Of a stretch of 32,000 nucleotides of DNA, positions 1 through 8,405 are shown one piece after another. The stretch covers positions 1-32,000 of the forward strand of contig CP188086.1 in the NCBI GenBank assembly GCA_049942765.1, given 5' to 3'. Source of the stretch: Candidatus Saccharimonadota bacterium (GTDB lineage Bacteria; Pseudomonadota; Gammaproteobacteria; Enterobacterales; Enterobacteriaceae). Made by a program: the position numbers and the translations under genes. Positions within the stretch are counted from its first letter, which is position 1. Every line of letters begins with the position of its first letter. The notes beneath the pieces were generated by a model, which did no database searches, was not told where the DNA came from, and worked only from the letters and a program-made list of their open reading frames with translations.

Positions 1-383
1 AAAAATAAACCTATATGAGTTGTTTGTTTTTATAGAACAATATAGTTTTAACATAAACTGTTTGATTGTAAACATGTTGTTAACATTATTTTTATTTTAA
101 TAAATTATACAAATAAAAAAAAAAATATACAAATAAAAATATAGAAAGATATTTGCATTTATTTTTACTTATATATTTTTATATTTTATGAATAGATAAT
201 CAAAATATCAAATGTTATGAATATTATAAACATTTATTTTTGTTTTATAAATTATTAATTAATTAATGATAATTTAGTACTAAAAATATTATATTTGATA
301 ACATCAAAATATGAATTTTTAACATAAATTAAATTGATGTTTTCGTTTTTTAAAAAACATTTTAATATTTAATTTATTTTATT

Positions 384-3300
384 ATTAAAGAGAATAAAGA
401 TAGTAAGATACTAAAGAGAATTAAAAGATTAAAGACCATGATAGTATTAAAGAGAATAAAGATAGTAAGATACTAAAGAGAATTAAAAGATTAAAGACCA
501 TGATAGTATTAAAGAGAATAAAGATAAGATACTAAAAGAATACTAAAGAGAATTAAAAGATTAAAGACCATGATAAAGACCATATAAAGTATAAAGAGAA
601 TAAAGATAGTAAGATACTAAAAGAATTAAAAGATTAAAGACCATGATAGTATTAAAGAGAATAAAGAATAGTAAGATACTAAAAGAATTAAAAGATTAAA
701 GACCATGATAGTATTAAAAGAATAAAGATATAGAGAATTAAAAGATTAAAGACCATGATAGTATTAAAGAGAATAAAGATAATAAGATACTAAAGAGAAT
801 TAAAAGATTAAAGACCATATTAAAGAGAATAAAGATAGTAAGATACTAAAGAGAATTAAAAGATTAAAGACCATGATAGTATTAAAGAGAATAAAGATAG
901 TAAGATACTAAAGAGAATTAAAAGATTAAAGACCATGATAGTATTAAAGAGAATAAAGATAGTAAGATACTAAAGAGAATTAAAAGATTAAAGACCATGA
1001 TAGTATTAAAGAGAATAAAGATAGTAAGATACTAAAGAGAATTAAAAGATTAAAGACCATGATAGTATTAAAGAGAATAAAGATAGTAAGATACTAAAGA
1101 GAATTAAAAGATTAAAGACCATGATAGTATTAAAGAGAATAAAGATAGTAAGATACTAAAGAGAATTAAAAGATTAAAGACCATGATAGTATTAAAGAGA
1201 ATAAAGATAGTAAGATACTAAAAGAATTAAAAGATTAAAGAAGATACTAAAGATAGTAAATTAAAAGATTAAAGACCATGATAGTATTAAAGAGAATAAA
1301 GATAGTAAGATACTAAAGAGAATTAAAAGATTAAAGACCATGATAGTATAAAGAGAATAAAAGTAAGAATAAAGATAGATAAAGAGAATTAAAAGATTAA
1401 AGACCATGATAGTATTAAAGAGAATAAAGATAGTAAGATACTAAAGAGAATTAAAAGATTAAAGACCATGATAGTATTAAAGAGAAAAGATAGTAAGATA
1501 CTAAAGAGAATTAAAAGATTAAAGACCATGATAGTATTAAAGAGAATAAAGATAGTAAGATACTAAAGAGAATTAAAAGATTAAAGACCATAAAGAGAAT
1601 AAAAGATTATTAAATTAAAGAATAAAGATAGTAAGATACTAAAGAGAATTAAAAGATTAGTATTAAAGAGAATAAAGATAGTAAGATACTAAAGAGAATT
1701 AAAAGATTAAAGACCATGATAGTATTAAAAAGAATAAAGATAGTAAGATACTAAAGAGAATTAAAAGATTAAAGACCATGATAGTATTAAAGAGAATAAA
1801 GATAGTAAGATACTAAAGAGAATTAAAAGATTAAAGACCATGATAGTATTAAAGAGAATAAAGATAGTAAGATACTAAAGAGAATTAAAAGATTAAAGAC
1901 CATGATAGTATTAAAGAGAATAAAGATAGTAAGATACTAAAGAGAATTAAAAGATTAAAGACCATGATAGTATTAAAGAGAATAAAGATAGTAAGATACT
2001 AAAGAGAATTAAAAGATTAAAGACCATGATAGTATTAAAGAGAATAAAGATAGTAAGATACTAAAGAGAATTAAAAGATTAAAGACCATGATAGTATTAA
2101 AGAGAATAAAGATAGTAAGATACTAAAGAGAATTAAAAGATTAAAGACCATGATAGTATTAAAGAGAATAAAGATAGTAAGATACTAAAGAGAATTAAAA
2201 GATTAAAGACCATGATAGTATTAAAGAGAATAAAGATAGTAAGATACTAAAGAGAATTAAAAGATTAAAGACCATGATAGTATTAAAGAGAATAAAGATA
2301 GTAAGATACTAAAGAGAATTAAAAGATTAAAGACCATGATAGTATTAAAGAGAATAAAGATAGTAAGATACTAAAGAGAATTAAAAGATTAAAGACCATG
2401 ATAGTATTAAAGAGAATAAAGATAGTAAGATACTAAAGAGAATTAAAAGATTAAAGACCATGATAGTATTAAAGAGAATAAAGATAGTAAGATACTAAAG
2501 AGAATTAAAAGATTAAAGACCATGATAGTATTAAAGAGAATAAAGATAGTAAGATACTAAAAAGAATTAAAAGATTAAAGACCATGATAGTATTAAAGAG
2601 AATAAAGATAGTAAGATACTAAAGAGAATTAAAAGATTAAAGACCATGATAGTATTAGATACTAAAGAGAATTAAAAGATTAAAGACCATGATAGTATTA
2701 AAGAGAATAAAGATAGTAAGATACTAAAGAGAATTAAAAGATTAAAGACCATGATAGTATTAAAGAGAATAAAGATAGTAAGATACTAAAGAGAATTAAA
2801 AGATTAAAGACCATGATAGTATTAAAAGAGAATAAAGATAGTAAGATACTAAAGAGAATTAAAAGATTAAAGACCATGATAGTATTAAAGAGAATAAAGA
2901 TAGTAAGATACTAAAGAGAATTAAAAGATTAAAGACCATGATAGTATGATAGTAAAAGAATAAAGATAGTAAGATACTAAAGAGAATTAAAAGATTAAAG
3001 ACCATGATAGTATTAAAGAGAATAAAGATAGTAAGATACTAAAGAGAATTAAAAGATTAAAGACCATGATAGTATTAAAGAGAATAAAGATAGTAAGATA
3101 CTAAAGAGAATTAAAAGATTAAAGACCATGATAGTATTAAAAGAGAATAAAGATAGTAAGATACTAAAGAGAATTAAAAGATTAAAGACCATGATAGTAT
3201 TAAAGAGAATAAAGATATAAGATAAAGAGAATTAAAAGATTAAAGACCAAAGTATTAAAGACCTAAAGAGAATTAAAAGATTAAAGACCATAGTATTAAA

Positions 3301-5590
3301 GAGAATAAAGATAGTAAGATACTAAAGAGAATTAAAAGATTAAAGACCATGATAGTATTAAAGAGAATAAAGATAGTAAGATACTAAAGAGAATTAAAAG
3401 ATTAAAGACCATGATAGTATTAAAGAGAATAAAGATAGTAAGATACTAAAGAGAATTAAAAGATTAAAGACCATGATAGTATTAAAGAGAATAAAGATAG
3501 TAAGATACTAAAGAGAATTAAAAGATTAAAGACCATGATAGTATTAAAGAGAATAAAGATAGTAAGATACTAAAGAGAATTAAAAGATTAAAGACCATGA
3601 TAGTATTAAAGAGAAATAAAGATAGTAAGATACTAAAGAGAATTAAAAGATTAAAGACCATGATAGTATTAAAGAGAATAAAGATAGTAAGATACTAAAG
3701 AGAATTAAAAGATTAAAGACCATGATAGTATTAAAGAGAATAAAGATAGTAAGATACTAAAGAGAATTAAAAGATTAAAGACCATGATAGTATAAAGAGA
3801 ATAAAGATAGTATTAAAGAGAATTAAAAGATTAAAGACCATGAAGTATTATTAAAAGATTAAAGACCATGATAGTATTAAAGAGAATAAAGAATTAAAAG
3901 ATTAAAGACCATGATAGTATTAAAGAGAATAAAGATAGTAAAAGATACTAAAGAGAATTAAAAGATTAAAGACCATGATAGTATTAAAGAGAATAAAGAT
4001 AGTAAGATACTAAAGAGAATTAAAAGATTAAAGACCATGATAGTATTAAAGAGAATAAAGATAGTAAGATACTAAAGAGAATTAAAAGATTAAAGACCAT
4101 GATAGTATTAAAGAGAATAAAGATAGTAAGATTAAAGAGAATTAAAGAAAAGATTAAAGACCATGATAGTATTAAAGAGAATAAAGATAGTAAGATACTA
4201 AAGAGAATTAAAAGATTAAAGACCATGATAGTATTAAAGAGAATAAAGATAGTAAGATACTAAAGAGAATTAAAAGATTAAAGACCATGATAGTATTAAA
4301 GAGAATAAAGATAGTAAGATAAAAGAGAATTAAAAGATTAAAGACCATGATAGTATTAAAGAGAATAAAGATAAAGATATAGAATTAAAAGATTAAGTAT
4401 ATAAAGAGAATTAAAGAGAAAAAGATTAAAGACCATGATAGTATTAAAGAGAATAAAGATAGTAAGATACTAAAGAGAATTAAAAGATTAAAGACCATGA
4501 TAGTATTAAAGAGAATAAAGATAGTAAGATACTAAAGAGAATTAAAAGATTAAAGACCATGATAGTATTAAAGAGAATAAAGATAGTAAGATACTAAAGA
4601 GAATTAAAAGATTAAAGACCATGATAGTATTAAAGAGAATAAAGATAGTAAGATACTAAAGAGAATTAAAAGATTAAAGACCATGATAGTATTAAAGAGA
4701 ATAAAGATAGTAAGATACTAAAGAGAATTAAAAGATTAAAGACCATGATAGTATTAAAGAGAATAAAGATAGTAAGATACTAAAGAGAATTAAAAGATTA
4801 AAGACCATGATAGTATTAAAGAGAATAAAGATAGTAAGATACTAAAGAGAATTAAAAGATTAAAGACCATGATAGTATTAAAGAGAATAAAGATAGTAAG
4901 ATACTAAAGAGAATTAAAAGATTAAAGACCATGATAGTATTAAAGAGAATAAAGATAGTAAGATACTAAAGAGAATTAAAAGATTAAAGACCATGATAGT
5001 ATTAAAGAGAATAAAGATAGTAAGATACTAAAGAGAATTAAAAGATTAAAGACCATGATAGTATTAAAGAGAATAAAGATAAAAGAATTAAAAGATAAAG
5101 ACCATGATAGTATTAAAGAGAATAAAATTAAAAGATTAAAGACCATGATAGTATAAAGAGAATAAAGATATAAGTAAAGAGAATTAAAAGATTAAAGACC
5201 ATAATAGTATTAAAGAGACCATGATAGTATTAAAATAAAGATAAAAGATTAAAGATACTAAAGAGAATTAAAAGATTAAAGACCATGATAGTAAAAGATT
5301 AAAGACCAAAGTATTAAAGAATAAAGATAGTAAGATACTAAAGAGAATTAAAAGATTAAAGACCATGATAGTATTACTAAAAGAGAATAAAGATAAAAAG
5401 ATTAAAGACCATGATACTAAAGTAAGAATTAAAAGATTAAAGACCATGATAGTATTAAAGAGAATAAAGATAGTAAGATACTAAAGAGAATTAAAAGATT
5501 AAAGACCATGATAGTATTAAAGAGAATAAAGATAGTAAGATACTAAAGAGAATTAAAAGATTAAAGACCATGATAGTATTAAAGAGAATA
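384..5590. repeat. Satellite-like tandem repeat array: 62-bp unit, ~84 copies, ~5.2 kb, non-coding
   Basis: Consensus unit is ATTAAAGAGAATAAAGATAGTAAGATACTAAAGAGAATTAAAAGATTAAAGACCATGATAGT. In perfect stretches the pattern advances 2 nt per 60-nt line, giving a 62-bp period. The first recognisable unit starts at ~384 (ATTAAAG). The last partial unit ends at ~5590 (AAAGAGAATA, followed by unrelated TGTATCTAAT). Stop codons occur in all frames of both strands, and only one spurious 68-aa ORF falls in the whole array. Confidence 0.97.
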
Positions 5591-5651
5591 TGTATCTAAT
5601 TTAAGATTGCAACTGTATTATAATATGGAATATATAATATTATGGATCTTA

Positions 5652-5679
5652 TTGATAAATAAATGTAATTATGTATAAT
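5652..5679 (+). promoter_or_regulatory. Possible sigma70-type promoter upstream of yfgM (TTGATA, 16-nt spacer, TATAAT)
   Basis: TTGATA at 5652-5657 and TATAAT at 5674-5679, ~90 nt upstream of the yfgM ATG. Hexamers like these arise easily by chance in DNA this AT-rich. Confidence 0.25.
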
Positions 5680-5769
5680 AATTAAAATTGATTTTAATCA
5701 TAATTATAAAATTAGTTATTTAAAATTTTTTTTGTATGTAATTTTATTTAGTTTTTTAATGAGAATAAT

Positions 5770-6384
5770 ATGTTCTGTCAATTAAATTTTTTTACTTTAT
5801 TTACTACAGATATAAAGAAAAATAAATTTTTTCTAACATTGTTGTTTTTTGTGTGTTTGTTATTTTGTGTGATATTTTGTTTTTATGTTAACAAAGAATA
5901 TAATGTTGGTGTTGACTTTGATACTTATGATTTTTTATCTCAGAAATTAGATGAACGAACTTATTTGATTAATCACTATGATAAATTAAAAAAATTTTTA
6001 TTAAGTAACCATAATATTTATGGAACTTTGATTGCTTTAAAATTAGCTTCTAAGTATTTTGAGTTAGGAAAAATTGATAATGCTATTCAGTTATTGAAAT
6101 CATGTTTATTATATACATCAGATGATTATTTTCGAACAGTGATATGTTTACGATGGGTACACATGGAAATGGAAAAAAGAAAATTAAATATAGTTCCTAG
6201 TATATTAAATAAAATTGATTATGAATCTTGGATAAATTTTATAACAGATATTAAAGGTGATTTGTTTATGTTACAACAAAAAAAACAATTAGCTTTAAAT
6301 TCTTGGAAAAAAAGTTATTTTTATGAACAAGATAATATTTTAAAAAATATTATACGAATGAAAATTAACTATGTTGCAGAATAG
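5770..6384 (+). CDS. yfgM: YfgM-like membrane-anchored TPR-like protein (ancillary SecYEG translocon subunit)
   Basis: 204 aa, against ~206 aa in E. coli. It has one N-terminal TM helix (FFLTLLFFVCLLFCVIFCFYV). Recalled E. coli YfgM segments align: NTYGALASLELAQQF with NIYGTLIALKLASKYF, DTSDENLKAVINLRLARV with YTSDDYFRTVICLRWVHM, and C-terminal MQMKINNL with IRMKINYV. It sits directly upstream of der, as in E. coli. Confidence 0.85.
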   Translation: MFCQLNFFTLFTTDIKKNKFFLTLLFFVCLLFCVIFCFYVNKEYNVGVDFDTYDFLSQKLDERTYLINHYDKLKKFLLSNHNIYGTLIALKLASKYFELGKIDNAIQLLKSCLLYTSDDYFRTVICLRWVHMEMEKRKLNIVPSILNKIDYESWINFITDIKGDLFMLQQKKQLALNSWKKSYFYEQDNILKNIIRMKINYVAE

Positions 6385-6440
6385 TATGAATTTTTTTTTA
6401 ATGAAATTTTCATGTATATGATGAAAAAAGGAATTAATAT

Positions 6441-7826
6441 ATGATACCGATAATTTCAATTATTGGTAGAAACAATGTAGGAAAATCTACAATATTTAAT
6501 CAATTTACAAAAACGAAAGATGCTTTAGTCACAGATATCCCTGGAACAACTCGAGATAGACAATATGGATATGTTTCTATTAACAATAAAAAATTAATCT
6601 TTGTAGATACAGCGGGTTTAAGTGATCAAAATCACACTATAATAGCAATTAAAAATAAAACTGTGAATCAAACTAATATAGCTATTCAGATGTCAGATAT
6701 TATTGTGTTTGTAGTGAATGCGTATGAAGGTTTGTTACCTACAGATTATGATATAATTAATAATATTAGAAAAACTAAACAAAATATTTTTTTAGTAATA
6801 AATAAAATTGATTTATTAAGAAATGATATTTCTTTTAAATTAGAATTTTATGATTTAGGTTTTCAAAAAATTTATTATGTTTCTGCTTTAAAAAAAATAG
6901 GTTTTAGTTCATTAGTTGATGATTTTTTAAAGCAAATTAAATATTTACAGGAAACTTCAATACATACAGTTCACAGAAAAGATAAGAATTCTTCAATATT
7001 ATATAAAGATATAAATCATTTTTGTAGTAATAACCATTTAAAATTAATTGTGCTTGGAAAACCTAATGTAGGAAAATCTACTTTAATCAATTCTTTAATA
7101 GGTGAACAAAGAGTTATTACTCATGATTGTGCTGGAACAACTAGAGATATGATTTTTATTCCTTTATTACATGAAAATAAAAAATATATATTGATAGATA
7201 CTGCTGGTATTTTAAAAATCAAACATAAAACTAATTATATTCAATATATTTCGTCGAAAAAAACATTATCATATATCGATAAAAGCAACGTTGTTTTACT
7301 TGTGATAGATGTATTAGAATGTATTACAAATCAGGATTTATCTTTGTTAAACGTAGTAATGAAATTAGGTAAATCTATGATTATTTTGATCAATAAATGG
7401 GATTTAATACCTGTTCACAAAAGAAAATTTACTAGATTATGTGTAGAACACAAATTAAAATTTTTAAAAAATTTTAAAATCCATTATATTTCTGCATTGC
7501 ATTCAATGAATGTAAAAAAAATAATGTTAATGGCTGATCGATTATATAAATTATCTATGACTAAATTAAGTTCTTTAAAATTAAATATTATAATGAAATC
7601 GGCTGTTGGTGAACATGCACCACCATTAATTAATGGTCATAAAATAAAATTTAAATATGTACATCCAGGAGGGTATGATCCATTAATTGTTATAGTGCAT
7701 GGTACTAAATTAAAGTATTTAATTAACTCTTATAAACAATATTTAATAAATTATTTTCAAAGATCTCTAAATTTAATTAATATCCCTTTGAAATTATATT
7801 TTAAAGATCATAGTAAAGTATTATGA
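6441..7826 (+). CDS. der: Ribosome-associated GTPase Der (EngA), two tandem G domains plus KH-like C-terminus
   Basis: 461 aa with two P-loops (GRNNVGKST and GKPNVGKST), two DTAG motifs and two NKxD motifs (NKID, NKWD). An AAGGA Shine-Dalgarno lies upstream of the ATG. Confidence 0.95.
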   Translation: MIPIISIIGRNNVGKSTIFNQFTKTKDALVTDIPGTTRDRQYGYVSINNKKLIFVDTAGLSDQNHTIIAIKNKTVNQTNIAIQMSDIIVFVVNAYEGLLPTDYDIINNIRKTKQNIFLVINKIDLLRNDISFKLEFYDLGFQKIYYVSALKKIGFSSLVDDFLKQIKYLQETSIHTVHRKDKNSSILYKDINHFCSNNHLKLIVLGKPNVGKSTLINSLIGEQRVITHDCAGTTRDMIFIPLLHENKKYILIDTAGILKIKHKTNYIQYISSKKTLSYIDKSNVVLLVIDVLECITNQDLSLLNVVMKLGKSMIILINKWDLIPVHKRKFTRLCVEHKLKFLKNFKIHYISALHSMNVKKIMLMADRLYKLSMTKLSSLKLNIIMKSAVGEHAPPLINGHKIKFKYVHPGGYDPLIVIVHGTKLKYLINSYKQYLINYFQRSLNLINIPLKLYFKDHSKVL

Positions 7827-7889
7827 AATCTATTTTTGTTAAAATAATTGCAATAAAAAATTTTTTAAAAAAAAATTTTGATGTGTTAT

Positions 7890-8225
7890 TTATGATTCGT
7901 TAACATGATTAATAGTATAGAATGGTATTTCTATTTCGACATCTTTATCACCTAATCTTGCTTGACATCCTAATCGACTGTATTGTTGTACTCCCCAGGC
8001 TTTATCTAATACATCTTCTTCTTGTTCATTTATGTTAGATAGAGATTCGAATCCAGAATGGATAATACAATGGCAGGTGCTACAGGCACAAGATTTTTCG
8101 CATGCATGTTCCATGTGAATTCTATTGTTTAAAGCTATTTCTAAAATACTTTCTCCTGATTTTGCATTAATGGTTTTTTTTTTTTTTTCTTGCATAACAT
8201 AAAATATAAATGTAACTTTCGGCAT
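7890..8225 (-). CDS. fdx: ISC-type [2Fe-2S] ferredoxin
   Basis: 111 aa. HACEKSCACSTCHC and the later Cys (LGCQA) match the E. coli Fdx cluster ligands, and the C-terminus EIPFYTINH aligns with EIPRYTINH. It is the last gene of the isc cluster. An in-frame A15 run encodes EKKKKT at 8174-8188. Confidence 0.95.
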   Translation of the reverse strand: MPKVTFIFYVMQEKKKKTINAKSGESILEIALNNRIHMEHACEKSCACSTCHCIIHSGFESLSNINEQEEDVLDKAWGVQQYSRLGCQARLGDKDVEIEIPFYTINHVNES

Positions 8226-8405
8226 TTTTAGATCTCGTTTAATTAGTTAAGATATTTTTCAGAGGATAATGGTTAGTTTGTATAATAAATGAAATAAAAA
8301 ATATTAAATTAATTAATGTTTTTTTATGATGTAATTTTATTTTTAAAATATAAGTGATTGGATAATATTTTTTTAATTAGTATATGTTTAAAATAGGATA
8401 ATGTT

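Noticed and set aside
1-383. Looked for oriC signatures (DnaA boxes TTATCCACA/TGTGGATAA, GATC clusters, 13-mer AT repeats) upstream of the array
   Set aside because: I found no canonical DnaA box or GATC cluster by eye. There is only a small direct repeat (ATACAAATAAAAA twice, at ~107-139) in generic AT-rich sequence. That is not enough to call an origin.
4020-4226. 68-aa ORF on the minus strand inside the repeat array (MVFNLLILFSILL...)
   Set aside because: It is made of translated repeat units and is open only because a variant unit near 4120-4150 removes a stop. The canonical unit has stops in two of three minus-strand frames, and the frame rotates every 62 bp. No equivalent ORF occurs elsewhere in the array.
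384-5590. Could the repeat array be a CRISPR locus?
   Set aside because: Units abut directly with no unique spacers. The 62-bp unit has no palindromic CRISPR-repeat character. No cas genes or leader are nearby. It is a plain tandem (satellite-type) repeat.
7827-7889. A6T6/A9T4-type AT palindromes between the convergent der and fdx genes as a bidirectional terminator
   Set aside because: The stems are entirely A/T and would be very weak. They cannot be distinguished from background composition.
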